A DNA stretch of 64,000 nt from Saccostrea echinata (GCF_033153115.1 NW_026889751.1:1488001-1552000), one strand, 5' to 3'. Positions 13,139-27,289 are shown, counted from the stretch's first letter. The notes: generated by a model not told the origin, from the sequence alone. Numbers and translations: made by a program.

Positions 13139-16100
13139 TACTCTTTACTGGTTTTATATGTCATTTTAAAATTGTCTGTATTACCAATTCTATTTGTTGG
13201 ATAAAATTTGAGAAGTCTTGCTATTGATGATCAAAAGCAAACTAAAAAGGTCAACTCAAAAATCGCAGAGTATTGCTATACAGGTCATCGTTTGCATTTT
13301 AAAACTTTCCATCTCCTTAGAATTTTAAGAAGTAAAATTAGGAAAAGGGTGAAAAGTATAACTTTCTGCACTTGAAATGTTTATGCTCTTATCTTTGATC
13401 ACATATTCAGTTAATAATGCTGTTGGTATTTTCATTGAAGTCTCACATTATGCTCAGGATAATAGATTTGAAGCAGATGTAATTTTCTCTCATTAATTAT
13501 ACCTTAGACTTTTATTAGATTAAAGTTAAGTATTAGTCCTCTGACACTGCCTTCACTTGCCCTCCCTGGTATAGCATACAATGTAAGAACTCTTTGTTCA
13601 AAGTACTATGTAGATATTCTTTTAAAATATTAAATATGTACATCTTACACAAATACACTACAATCTATTTCTGTAACTTTGTAAAAAAAAAAAAAGTATA
13701 CATGTATTAATTTAACCAATCAAAATATCAGGAAATATCCAGGAGGATTTTATTTATAATTTATTGCCTTCAGATCTTAATTTCAATACACTTGTAAAAT
13801 GATGAATTTAGGCAAGCCAGTTATTATTTGTTCTCCACCCTTTAGTGATACTTGACAGTGCATGATTTTGAAAATCCACAGAGCACTGTGTTAAAGGTCC
13901 TTCAGTTTACAGCTTCTTAGTTCTGTCTGTGGGGTAGCCAAATTTTCGTCATTATAGTCTGACAACAAACTGCAATATTTGTCTAGTATTCTGACACAAC
14001 CCTGAAAAGAGATCCCAGGGTAGATGCAGATTGTGAGTCTATTTTGTTACTGTCAGTCTGCTTAGATAAAGGCCACTCTGTGTGAGACCCGGGCTTTGTT
14101 GAACACAGTTAAGACCGTCAATGTTGACTTTAAATCATATCTTTGCAGTCACATCACTTCTCTTTACAACAGAACAGGTATTTAAATAAGACCTTTGTCA
14201 ACAGTCTCTAACAATTGTTATTATTGGATAAATGTGAAATACAAATTCAGACACAAAATTCTAGAAGGCTTTAAGTGTTTTGTGTTTTCTCTAAAAACAC
14301 AACCTCTGCCTCATAAAGGAATATAACTCCTTACCACTCACTAGATCAGTAGCTTGAAATATCTAAGTCAAATAAAACTGCTCTAAGAATGTAAAGGCAA
14401 TGAAACAAGGACCTTCAATTCATATATGACATGGGTGAAATAGAACAATAAATTACCTAAAGGTCTATTTGCATTGTTGTTTAATTAAAGAAATGACCTG
14501 GTACAGCCATGTCAAGTGGAGCATTAGTCGTCTACCCAGTCTGTTCAACATCCTGTGTCCACTACTATCTGAACACAGACATTGACCGAACAATGACCAT
14601 GATGGATTCGTTAAACAATGTCAATCAAACCAACATTTAAATTTCATTATTCGTTTACATAGACAGTTCTTCTTATATATGTTTATATTGTATTCATAAT
14701 AATTTATTTCAATTTTTGTGCAAATCAAAAAATTGTCTCAGGACACATAAATCCTCTCCAGATGAGTGGATTCTTCAGTTATCAACCATCTCAAAGTGGT
14801 AAAAAATTATAAAAAGAAATTCCACAGTTCCAAAAAGATTATAATATTGAGTTGTCTGGTTAAAGTGGAAATCTTGGCTCAGATGTGAGATAATCACTGC
14901 ATCAAATCTAAATAACTGAGTCAGAGCATGACTCAATTAGTTACTTTCATTAGTTTCATATGTCTAGTCCATTTAATGATAAACTGGTGTACCGCAACAC
15001 ACAAAAAATGTACTGTATCATGGTACAAAAGCCTATACCTGCATATCATGATATATAACATTTAAGCAATTTATTGTAATTCCTTTTAATTTAAAATTAT
15101 AAATATAAAATTGACTTTCTTTATTTACTTATAATGCTGTTTTTATTCTTTTTAATGTGTTCAGAGCTTATGAAGACAAGTGTTGCATAATGTATTTGTA
15201 AACTTAATCAGTTAATGTAATAATCTACAGGTTTTACCCTATCACATTATATATAAATGAAAGGTGAAATATTGCAATAGTTTGAGTGTATCATGATGTA
15301 TCATGATACTCTCTAGCTGTATCGTTACATTCTTGATTTACAATATAACGAACACTAACCAGTTTCAGTAAGGCCCAATTTCTTCATTTACTGAGGCAAT
15401 CAGCAAGAATTAAGTGTAGGTTACATGAGAAATGACCACTTTCAAGTTTTTTGGTTTGAAATTTTACACGTTCAAGATAATTTCTTAAAACAATACCTTG
15501 ATGCATAAAAACTAAATGAGGGTATTAAGTGGTAATTAATCTTTATCTAACAAGCAAAATGTGTAGGAAAAGTGTGGTAAACTGGTAAAATTATCAACTT
15601 ATCAAGTGTCCAGAAAAAAAGCACATTCAAAAGGGGGTTTCTCTAAAATAAACCCCATCTGTTAGTTTCCATCTGCCATTACTATCATACATAAGGCCGT
15701 GGTAAATAACAACTTTCTTTTACATCCCTTCTTCATTCTTTGAAAAGATATCCTCCAGTCCGACCAAAAAAAAACCAACACACATTTCAAAAAACATTAC
15801 CACCAGTTGTTGTCAAACACATGCTTGAAATCCATGTAAACATCAGTACAAAAAAAAAACATTTGTATACTGAAATGATAAAATAAAATTACTGAACCTT
15901 AAAAATCTCACGGCTATGATTACATTGCTGCTTGCAGCAGCCCGCCACAGGAAGTCGCATACGATATGAAAAATTAAAATATAAGTTTTAGTGGTCTCAT
16001 GTTTCCGGATATTGAACTTTTAACAACTGTTTAAAAAATGGCAATGTAATTCAAGATTTCTGACTTGTAAAAACAGAGGGCGCATAGCAAATGACAGTAT

Positions 16101-16590
16101 ACTGTACCAACAAGAATCAATTTCCCACAGCTGTTGTTGAAAAGTCGATCGGTTCAATTTAATTATAAAAATATATATCCTCAAGAGGTACACACATATC
16201 TGTTAGTGATATCATTTCTTTTCTTTAATAATATTAAACTCCTTTGTTGTAGAGAAAAGTTTATAGCCCATTTTCATACGGCATTATTTTGTGGTATATT
16301 AAACATATAAATCGTGCAGTAATACCTACCGTATCAATATAAAATAACACAACATATGCATTATATAGTTCTTATAAGTCAGTGGTGTCCCCAAAAGCCC
16401 GACTTTATCTTTTTGTATCCTTGATCCCTTGTTAAAGCCTACTCCATGTTGTTTTCAAAATAAGTTAAGGCTTAAATTTTAGTCAATATTTTTTAAATAA
16501 ATATTTGAAACATGTATTAAATCTGAAATTAAAACACATTTTTATTGATTTTTAAAAGGCAGTAAAGTTTGTGACGAGTGGTTAAAGTTG

Positions 16591-16757
16591 CATAGGCGTC
16601 GGAACCGGGGGGGGGGGGTGTTAGCCCCCACCACACTTTTTTTGCAAAGATAGACATAATATAGCATTGGAGATTGGGGCTTACCTTTTTCTGTTCGCTT
16701 AGCCCCCCCCCACTTTCAATTAGCTCCCCCTCTTTCAATTTGCTTCCGACGCCTATG
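16591..16757. mobile_element. MITE with 14-bp TIR and poly-G/poly-C subterminal tracts
   Basis: CATAGGCGTCGGAA ... TTCCGACGCCTATG is a perfect inverted repeat. TSD not clear. Confidence 0.8.
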
Positions 16758-18696
16758 AGTTTTTTTTTATGTACATGACGTGAATGTATACATTGACCAT
16801 CAGGAACTTTTAAATGTTGGAAAAAGATAAATGCAGTTTGGGAATGAATTTCTATTTTTCATTTGAAACATAGCCTCGGTTTAATAACTTGAACTTGCAT
16901 GAAAATTCCTGATACCCAATGGCACTGGAATTCTTCATAACCTTTCATCACCCCTGTGTTTGTAAACATTGGCACAAGCTCTGTGTTGATTACCGAGTGT
17001 GTTCGATTTGCTGACACTGCTCACAAACTGACAACACTGGCGTGTTTGTTTTGCTTTCTTACTATTTTTCTTGATATAGCTTTAATTTATTTTCTTAATA
17101 TGGTTACACCTCGGATTTCCCACTTTCCTTGAGTATTAAGGATAAATTTCAGCGCCAAAATGTATGACAACGAAACGCGACCAAAATTCGCAGTTTTTAT
17201 CATTTTCAGATGAAAAGACTTTAAACATGTTTTTATAATAGATCGGTCTGCGCTCTTGTAAGTCATGAAATTCTACCCAAGTTTATGAACACTAATAAAC
17301 TCCAAATCTGTGCCCTACCCCTTTCCACCTTCAGTTTTTTTCCCCTGATTAAATTGTAATTGACTTTGTTGATCGTTAAACACTCTTGTGATTGAAGTCG
17401 ACCAAGTCGCATAAACTAATTTGCAAATGAGATATGCAACTTTCAATAATACCACTTATGCAAGAAATATTAGATCAAACTTTAAATTCTAATACTTAAA
17501 GCTAGCTTACACTTAAGTACAACATCTACCTGTAGGTAAGATAGGGCCTCGCGTAATGTGATTGATTATACAGCAGAAACATGAGCTCAAAAACGACACA
17601 CCCCGTATTAATATTGATACAGAGCACCGAAATAATGCTGTGTGAAACTCAAAACATGTAACAGAATAAAAAAAAATGATGAACCCATATTAAACAAACA
17701 GTAAAAGATAGAAGTATGTATGTAACAGTTGTATATAAAAAATAAAGCAACAACGAGAAAATGCCCCTCCCCCCAACACAAAGTAGAACACAAATAAACA
17801 AGAAAAACAAAACAAACAAACAAACAAAAACAAAGAAAACAGGACAAAATTAAACAAAAACAAACAAATGGTAATATTTGTAACATATGGCGCATCTATG
17901 CAAATCGAATTCACTAAAAGACTAGATCCCGAAAAAGTGACTAATTTAAGAAGATTGGGATCTGTTTGACAGGCTGGAGTGTGAAATACAATTGAACACA
18001 GGGCACTGGTCATCCGTGAATGGCGCTCTCACGAGAGCTCTTGACTGTTGATGGAAAATAACATATTATATTAAGCACAACAACTTCCGTCACACAACGT
18101 ATAGTATCGTTTTTTGAAAGGGGGCAGCCAGAAAAAAAAACTCACCTTAAAAAAAATTAAAGACAAGCTAAAAAAATGTCGAAATCGAAACTCCAAAGTC
18201 CTATTTCGTGTGCGTCTCTGAGTGTGGGGTGGGGTGGGGGTGGGGTGTAGGTTCCATTTATCCCATTACCGTGATTTAACTATACCGCAAGAAAAAGAGT
18301 GTTGGGGGAGGGGTGGTAACCAGCTTTTCAATGATCATTTTCAACAGTAAAAAGTTATGTTTGGAAAAGAGGGGAACAGTCGCCCCCTCTCCTGATACTG
18401 CGTGCCTGAGTATAACTCTTGTAAATTGAATCCGGAAAATGCATATACATGTACTACCAATGTTTTCTTGACTCTGTTTTAAATACTATAGGAAAAGATG
18501 TTTTCTTTAGAAAAAAAGACTTTAAACAACAATGGGCATCTCATGTATCAGATGTAACCAAATCTATAGACACCATTATGTCATCCGGAAGTCTCCGAGA
18601 CCATAGGCCAGATCTGGCAGACACCGCTCACAGGTTTCCGCCAGTAAGGAAACGTCGCGTGATTTATGGCAACAAAAACCTCATCATCAGCTATTT

Positions 18697-19138
18697 TAGG
18701 TTGTGTAAAGTTTGTCAAAACCTTGATATTGAGGATGAAAAACATTTCATTTTGCTCTGTCCGAAATATGAAGCACAGAGAAAAATATTCAAAACAAAAT
18801 TATCTACTTTCCCTAATTTCAACCAAACAGTCCATAATAATGACAATTTGTTAAAATCATTGATGAAAACCAGGTGTAAAAGGGTTCTTAAAATATTATC
18901 TTCATTTTTATGTCAAATATATATCTGACATTAGAAAAAATGTTTTAGCTGTAAATGAGTAACTACATTGTTATGAATTATTTAGTATCGGATGAGTACA
19001 CTACATTATTTGCTACACCAATTGTTTGTATTCTAGTTGTGTTCTACTGTATTATTATGCTTATTAATATGTTCTGTATGGGCCTTTACCAATTACTGTA
19101 ATTGTGTTTGTGCCAATAAAATATTTGTATTTGTATTT
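18697..19138 (+). mobile_element. 3' fragment of a CR1/L2-group LINE (ORF2 C-terminal CCHC knuckle plus 3' UTR)
   Basis: RLCKVCQNLDIEDEKHFILLCPKY is the C-x2-C..EDE.HF...C..Y motif. Ends with AATAAA then a (TTTGTA)n tail. Confidence 0.8.
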
Positions 19139-20218
19139 TATCCTGTCAGCCACACAGGTATGTTTCTTTTCATGCAAAAACGTGAATGAAATTATGCTTT
19201 TCCCCATAAAGCCCAAGACCAGTGTAATATCGAAGACGGGTAATTCCCTAATACAGCATAATAAAACTCCTAAATTTATAATATCTCTCGTAATTTGAAT
19301 TTAAAAATATCTGGCTTCTATTTCCCCCGAATTCGGCATATAGACATCTTTGCATTTACTAGAACACATAGACTTGAGACAGGTGGAGGTGGGCTAATCT
19401 TCTAATTTAATTTAGATGTTCAATGGAATATTGAACAATAGAGTACATCTAAGGGACTGGAGGAATTAAAGTTCATTGAGTCTCATGCTCTCTGTTCCCC
19501 GTGAATAGCTTGTAAGGAGGGTTTGAAAATGACTCGATTTGAATGCAGTGTAACAGCTCTTATTCAGCATTGATTTACTGGGTGGTACAAAGGTTACCTG
19601 TGATAGATGCTCAAGAGTAACCGAGATAACCGAATTTCCCTAGTCAGTTTATATCACATGTACATGTATTGGCCTCTAAAGGCAAGCGCAGTATTTCACA
19701 AAAATATATTTATTTTTTTTTTGGTCTTTTTATTTTTATATACATATAAGTATTTGATGGACATCAGCATCCGTTCATATTTGTATCACCAAGAAACTCA
19801 AGAAAAAAAATCAACGGCACCCGTTATATAAGATGTCATGGTTTGAAGACCCACTTAAGTACCAGTGACATGGAATTTAATCTGATAATTAATCGGTTCA
19901 TTTAATTAAACTATTATCAACCAGAGTTAAATAACCTAGACGGGAGTGTATTGTTTAGATATGCACTGTGTTCCATTATTTCATACACATCTTCGTGCAT
20001 CTGTATGGCACAAAATGCACGTCAACTTGTCAATATTTAACCCACAATAGGAACTAACTTAAAACAATTTTTTCCCAAAGTTTATCGTCAACCGTGTTTA
20101 TGCGTAATGATTAAAAGTTGCAAATCTGCATTGTAGATTAACAACTGCATTTTATTTCCGACAGAACAGAATGCGAACACCTTGGTACATTAATTTGAAT
20201 ATATTGATCTGTACGTAC

Positions 20219-20250
20219 CATATAAAACTTGTCCATATGTTGACAGTCGG
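20219..20250 (-). CDS. FRAS1: FRAS1-like coding exon 2 (32 nt, ADCQHMDKFYM)
   Basis: Long T tract plus TTTCAG acceptor, donor ATG|GTACGT, phase 1 to 0. Supplies the first Cys of VWC1. Not in the ORF track. Confidence 0.85.
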
Positions 20251-21018
20251 CTGAAATAATAAAAAAAAAAAGTTATTAAAATCAGTGTATACTACAGGTT
20301 TAGGTATGATAAAAAGGACAACTGACAATATTTAGAAACCTGCTATTGACACCCTTACGTTATAGTGAAAGTGACAGCGACTTCATTCTATAATTTACTT
20401 CTGACAACATAATTCCGCATTGAATCCTTGATAAAAATCTTTCATATTTCCTCTGATATCTCCAAACATATCTGATGCCAGACAAAATATATCGTGTAAA
20501 ATAAAAAAAACAATGTAAATAAATACGACTAAAATGAACACAATTAATGAGATTTCTCTAAATAATTGAATTTTACTTTCCCCCCAACATCTGCATGGCA
20601 GTCAAAAAAAAAATGAAAATAAGCAGAGGTACTTTTTGTTAAACGAAAATATTATGCATACACACGCTTCAGCTAGATGGACAACATCATAACGGTAACT
20701 TGAGACTAACAATTACAAATAACGTGCACGTGGGAATTGTCTAGCCAAATTTAGCCCTCACAGCAATATTATAAATTCTAAACCCCAGAAAATCCTAAAA
20801 AGCTGACACTGCTAAATTATTGTACACTATTAAATGACGTCTCGATCTTTGCTCGATTAACCTTACTATTATGTTTATTGTTTTTATTTGACGAAGAATA
20901 TGATGGATGTTTGTATTCTTATGTTCACAATAATGGTCCAATTTACAGGTAGCCTTTTAATTATATATTCCAGAGTCGAGGACTCTATTACAGAGAGCAG
21001 ATCGGCGGGAAAACTCAC

Positions 21019-21079
21019 CTGCTAGTTTCTGCACTAATAGACTCATGACAGTGCAGATTGATATCAAGAAGCCCCGCAT
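21019..21079 (-). CDS. FRAS1: FRAS1-like, first coding exon (signal peptide MRGFLISICTVMSLLVQKLA+G)
   Basis: ATG at 21079-21077, 20 mostly hydrophobic codons, then a phase-1 donor G|GTGAGT. Joins in frame to the exon at 20250. Confidence 0.85.
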
Positions 21080-21520
21080 ATCTTCCAATTAAAATCAAAA
21101 ATTTGAATTTTCAGGTAAAATGATTAAATTCACACTCCATCACTCCACTACATGTCAACTCACGTGTTACCGATAATACACATCTTAAAATATTTCACAC
21201 GTCAATTTTTAAAACTGTCGACATCCTCTTTCATTTCACTTAAATAAAAATTTAGGATGAAAAGGTCCTTATTTCACAAGATTATCTCTGCGGTGAGCTT
21301 CTCTCTAAAACTTCAAAAATTCACCTGCAAACAGAAATAAGGTACTAAGTCAAAGTAAACAGTGCAACACATATCCCCATGTGGCGCACTTGAGTTCTAA
21401 ACTATGACAAGCGAAGCGCGTTACGGGAGACCGACCCAACACAGGGCCCAATAACAACACGAGGAACCGGGTGCATTTTAAAATCTCTTTGCTAGGGTTG
21501 TGACGATTTGCAGTATATAT
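21080..21520 (-). promoter_or_regulatory. Probable 5' UTR and proximal promoter, or spliced leader, of the FRAS1-like gene
   Basis: Directly upstream of the ATG. Locally CpG-rich patch at ~21380-21475. Acceptor-like TTATTTCTGTTTGCAG| ending at 21325. The TSS cannot be determined from sequence. Confidence 0.45.
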
Positions 21521-23352
21521 TATCAAATTAACATTTAACAATTTAGAAAAACTTTAATGTAATTATTGATAGTCACATTTAAAGTTTCAGAGTGAAAATT
21601 TTATATATAGATAAATGACCAATCAATTGCCACAAAAAGGCGAGAGAAATGTGCATTTATTCGATTTGTACGAGCAATGAATGGCATTTTGCTGGTCATG
21701 CAACCTCTTTTTTTATTTATTTCTTTTGACATGTGTACAACTTGCTATAACATTATGTGATTTTTTTCTCTCGATGTTTCAAAGAGAACTTTAAACATTT
21801 TTGAATCTAAATTTTGGATGTATATTTATTGAAAAAAAAGTAGATATATGTTTTCATGACCCTTTCCCCTTTTTTAACATTCCCTCACCAATTTTTCACC
21901 TTAGACAGAAATTTCGTTAATTACGTTTTTAATTGACTTTGAAAAGCACGTTGAACTCTGAAATGTGTATCGTATGTATTGTGTATCATGACATTTTAAA
22001 ACTGATTCCAGCACATGTGAAGAGCAACTTAAAAGTATTCATGGACTTATAAAAGTTCTTTGAAGATGCCACCGATTGACTTTAGTAAGTTTGCCACTCA
22101 TGCAAAAATATGTTAAAAATTACTTCGTACTACTGCAAAACGGATTAGCCGGATTTCTTTACATAGTGAAAAAAAATATCTGCCAATAGGCAGCTGATAG
22201 AGTTGATGGAGTTGTCTCTCTTTTATCATATGTCGTTAATTTTTTGCAAAGTAGAGTTCTACGAAAGCCTATTAGGATCAATCTATGAAGAGAAAAAATT
22301 ATAACGCAGGCCCGCAGAACGCCGGGTGGGTGGGTGGGTGGGTACTTTTTTCTACAGTAAATTTTCCTTTAGATGCTGGTTGCCCCCCCCCCCCCTTTTT
22401 GATGTTGTAAGGTCGAGCACCGGGAAATTCCAGGATTTGGACAGTAAGTAGCTTTTATTTATTCATTTTTAATTCTTTTATGAATTATTTATTTATTATT
22501 TATTATTGCGTTGTTTTTTTTTTTTTTTTTTTTTTTTTTTGCTTGTCAAATAATTTTGGGAAGTTGCCCTCCCCCCCCCCCCCCCACACACACACTTTTG
22601 AGTTATTACACCTTTTAAAAAGGCTTTATAATTTCTCTAAAAAATAATTTAAACAGACTGTAGTTAGCTATCATTCAGGAAGAAAGATTTTTTAAATGTG
22701 TAGTATATTTTCAATGCTAAACCAACTTAGTCCTTCTCTGATGCCAGACAAAAGTACACCTGGACCAATCAAAATGGTTTTACCATTTTGATTGAAGGCT
22801 AATTGCTCATTATACCCATGCAAATAGTTTGCCTGCTTTTTTCGAAGGGGGGGGGGGGAAATAAATGTTCAAAGTGAAATAAAAGAAATGTCCAGCAAAG
22901 CCCCACGCTGCATCTGCCTAAATCCTGGATTTTCACAAGAAGGGTGTTGACTTCTTTTATTACTCATGGAAACAGTTTTCTGCGAGATGTGCAGTAGTAA
23001 AGAAGATATTTTTAAATATTACATGAATAAGGACGACTTTGATTCCACATTCATATAATTATTAACATATAATAACACCTTTCCATTTTCCGCTATAACC
23101 CCTTTTCAAACAGCCCGTAGAACATGGTGGGGGATAGTCTTGCTGTAGTTTTAGTATAAAAAATCATTTATAGCCTGCTTGGCCCTTGCACATTTTGTTG
23201 CAGCATGGTCTAAATCTCGCAAATTAATGTATTTTTAAAGAAGTTTTACCAAAAATTAAGAGAAAGATCCCCCACACCCCTACTCCAATAATGTGATATT
23301 CTGAATTAAAAAGTAACACTTCATTATTCAATAGGCATGTCAGTAAATATTA

Positions 23353-24825
23353 TTAGGTCACCTGGGTCACTCAGGTGACCTATTGCTATCCGTTTTCGTC
23401 CGTCGCTGAACCAATTTCAAACTATTTGGCATATAGCATCTTTGGGTGAAGGGGAACAAAAATTGTGAATTTCATGGCCCCAGGGTCAGGGGTTCTGGTG
23501 TTAGGGCAGGGCTCTATTGATTATATAGTGAAAATGCATTAATTCATTGAAAATCTTCTTCTCTGCTCCTGGGTATTAAATAAAATAACTAAGAATATAG
23601 TTATGATGAGCATGACTGCCTTTTCAGAAATTGAGAATTTTATGGCCCCTAGGTCAGGGTTCAGGTGTTAGGGCGGGGCTCTATTGATTGTATAGTAAAA
23701 TTGCATGACTTTCTTTGAAAATCTTCTTTTCTGCTCCTGGATATTAAATAAACTAAGTTCATAGTTATGATGAGCATGGTTGCCTCTTCCAAAATTGTGA
23801 ATTTCATGGCCTCTGGGTCAAGGGTTCTGGTGTTAGGGCAGGGCTCTATTGATTATATAGGGAAAATGTATAAATTCTTTCAAAATCTTCTTCTCTGCTC
23901 CTGGGTATTATTCAAACAAAGGAAGTGCATGGTTATGATAAGGAAGAATGCCTCTTCCAAAATTGTGAAATTCATGGCCACGGGTCAGGGGTTCTGGTGA
24001 AGAGGGGGGGGGGGGGGGCTTTATTGATCATATAGTGAAAATGCATAATTTCTTTCAAAATATTTTTTTCTACCACTGGCTATAAAGCAAAGAAACAAGT
24101 GTATAGTTATGATGAGCAAGGGTGCTTCTTCCAGAATTGTGAGTTCATGGCCCCTGGGTCAGATGTTCTGGTGTAAGGGTGGGGCTTTATTTATTTAATG
24201 ATATAGTGAAAATGCTTTTCCTTGAAAATCTTCTATGCTTCTGGGCATATTCGAGGCAAACAGAGTAAAAGTTTTAATTTGCAAAGGTATTTTTAACAGA
24301 ATTTTGAACACCTGGACCATTTAGTCAGGTGTTCTGGTCCTGGCCAGGGCTCTATTAACTTGTATTCTGCTGAGCAAAGTTATTCCCCTTTGCCATTCAC
24401 CTTTGATAATTAATCACTGTAAACAATGTATTTGAAAGGTTAATAGAATAAGAGAATTATGCAAGAATATTTATTGTATAATACAAAAAGTACTTTCGTA
24501 GTTTTAATGAGCAGATAGACTTGGAAGTAATAGATGAATAAAAACAAGACAAATATAACTTATCTTTTAAAATGTTCTTCAAAGGCCAAGAGAGGCCAAT
24601 GTGAGAAGTAATACTATGGGGTTAAAAATAGACATTTTGTTAATAGTCTGCATGGTAATAGTGATAAATGGGGGACAGATAGATACTAAACCAATTATTT
24701 TGTTGATGCTAATCATACTATTTTTCTTGCTTTTGGGCAACAAAGCTTCATTTATCAGTTTATGGATCCTCAAAATGGTTGTATTGTACTCAGGTGACCG
24801 TTAAGGCGCCCTTGGGCCTCTTGTT
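23353..24825 (+). mobile_element. Non-autonomous Helentron carrying ~166-bp (Cg170-like) satellite monomers, copy 1 (~5 monomers)
   Basis: Starts with hairpin TAGGTCACCTG..CAGGTGACCTA. Ends CTCAGGTGACC.TTAAGGC..CTTGGGCCTCTTGTT. ~500-bp non-satellite segment shared with the other copies. Strand is relative. Confidence 0.9.
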
Positions 24826-25789
24826 TTCATACATACTTCATAATTTTAATTTTCTGTTGAGATAAAAAATTATTGATCTTTCTTTTCACTGTCTCAAATT
24901 TTCATAGCATGATTAGACATAATATTCATTTCTGAAAAAGCAAGCAACGCTTCATACTTCAAACTATTTTCAATTTGAATATAATGCTATAAAATTGATG
25001 TTGATGAAAATCAGTGTTGGGAATTTAAACAAAAAAATCGGTGAAATTTAGAGTAGAGGGATATTTCACCTAAAATTTGTTTTGTTTTGTGTTTGCTTGT
25101 TAATTTTGTTGGAGCCCCCCCCCCCCCTTTAAAACTTTTGATACGCCTTTTCAAAAGGTAATAACGCTTTTTCAAAAAGAGTAATAGAGCCTTTTTCGCG
25201 TTGTTATGTCTTCATTGGCGTTAAAACGCCTCTTCATTTCGTTATTACGCTTTTTAATTTAATATTTTTCACCTACACTGATCTTAATAAGCTTTCGTAT
25301 AAAACATGTGATTTGGGCAAGATTTCTGTTATATTAATTAAGCGGGAAGTTTCATATGGAACTTATCAAAGATTACCACCAGATTTATAACAGAAGTGGC
25401 GGATCCAGAACATTCAGAACGGGGGGGGGGGGGTCAAGGATGGTTTGCTTAACAAGCAAATTTAAGAAAATAAACGCAAAAATCGTAATTGGGGAGGGGG
25501 TTAGTAAATACTTTTTTTCAAATCAGCCCTTATATTTAGTGCCTGAACGTTACGTATGCATAAACTGAGAGTATATACTCAAGTAGATCTACAAGTTAAG
25601 AAAACGAAAGGTACAAAAGAAAAATTAAAGATATAAGTAATTCATTCAAACCAATCATAACAGAATATTGAAAGGACATTCCTCCGAACTTTAAAGCTAA
25701 GAATTCGGTTATTCAAAATAAAACATTTTTTAAAGATTTTGGATTATTTTCTCTTTATTCTATCCCTACGATGGAGTAAGTTATGCTAA

Positions 25790-26170
25790 CCAAAATTTAT
25801 ACATTGAACACATTGATGAGAGCTATTCAACTGTGGAATAATTTTTTGACCTTAACGTTCCTTGTGACCTTGAACTCACTATTCCCTATTAAGTATCTAG
25901 TTTTGTTTCAAAGCAACTATGGAAGATATTTTTATTAAAAAAAAAATTAGGTCGACAATATCAGTGGGAGCTATTTTTACAATGTCACAATTTTCTGAAC
26001 TTGACATTTCCTATGACCTTGACCCCATTATTCCTTTTTTTTTTAAATTTTAATTTAGTTTAAAAAAAAAACAGTTCATGATATCTTCATCAAAGATACA
26101 AATTAAAAAGAGCTATTCAACTGTTCCCTGTTTTCTGATCTTGACTTTCCATATAACCTTGACTTCACTA
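25790..26170. repeat. Degenerate tandem relic rich in TGACCTTGA motifs
   Basis: Three diverged units with GAGCTATT...TTTTCTGA(C/A/T)CTTGAC..TCC..TGACCTTGA. Confidence 0.5.
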
Positions 26171-27289
26171 TTAATTGTGTTGCATTTGGAAAGTACATTT
26201 TCTGACCATACATTTTCAGGCAATTAGGTGGCATACCAGCAAATTGACTTATTAATTCATTTGAATCTCGTCACCATTTTACAATAGTATATAGAGATTA
26301 AAAGAACATATATACATGTAGACGATTAATACAGGGAGAGAGAGAGGGGGGGGGGCATGCTTGAAAAAGAGAATGCAAAATTAGTACGTTACTACAAGTG
26401 TGAAGTATGGGAATTCTAGGCCGGGGAGCACATTTTATTTATTTTCTGTATAAATGAACATATTTTTCTCATAAAGCAGTGCTTATAAATATCCATGATG
26501 TGTTTAAAACCATTTATATTTTAAATTTTATGTGTTTTTCTGTGAAACATAGCCTTCTTTCTTTTTGTACTTGCACTTTAGTATACATGAATGAAATTTA
26601 TCTCCGATTTCTCTTGGATTGCAATGGGGGGAAAATTCTGTCTTGTACTGGTGTATTAACCCAGCGTCCGCTTTCAGTTGATTACAAGTTCAAAATCTAC
26701 GAAATGTGATTACGTCCTTTTTGATAAAATATTTATAATATTTAAGGTAGTACAAAACACCCATTAAATCTATTTTAACTAATTTCTTAAAAATTACATG
26801 AGAAAAAAGAATAATATCCTTATATTTTTAATAATCAATGATCTTTGTAAGAAAAATAATAAGCTATGACATTTTTTCATCATATTTTCTTTAAGAATTA
26901 GAGACATCTTATATATTGGTCACTTGGGAGCTTACATTTTAGAATGTGTTTATGCTGTCTAAATGCGATATATCAGTCTGTTATTAAATGCGGTATAAAC
27001 TTTTGATCCACAAATAGCAGAGGGCTGATATTTGGAAAGATATATAAGGAGTCTCCATTCTTGTCAAGGCATATTAAGATGTCAAAGGTCAAATATTGTG
27101 ATGTCATCTACTGAATCTCACTTTTTTGCCATTGAATTTTTTTTTTAAATCGCAAAAATATCTGAAACCATCGGTTCAATCATTTGTATTTTGACACATT
27201 TTAATCTGTGATCCAATTCAATCAATCTGTTGATTTTTTGGAAAAATTGAATTATACATTTTCTCTTAAGAGAACTTAAAGTGTAGCAT

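Noticed and set aside
13540-13590. Alternative FRAS1 exon 2 (CMLYQGGQVK) and a possible micro-exon at ~20660
   Set aside because: The first lacks an AG acceptor and the second has weak signals; 20219-20250 has ideal splice sites and phase.
17608-18013. Hydrophobic Phe/Cys/Leu-rich ORFs
   Set aside because: Produced by the (AAAC)n low-complexity tract read on the minus strand.
18020-18095. Intronic promoter motifs (GCTCTCACGAGAGC palindrome, ACTTCCG)
   Set aside because: Short motifs with no supporting exon or transcript evidence; not distinguishable from chance.
18449-18928. 159-aa ORF as a nested host gene
   Set aside because: C-terminal half is a LINE ORF2 zinc-knuckle remnant joined by chance to unrelated upstream sequence.
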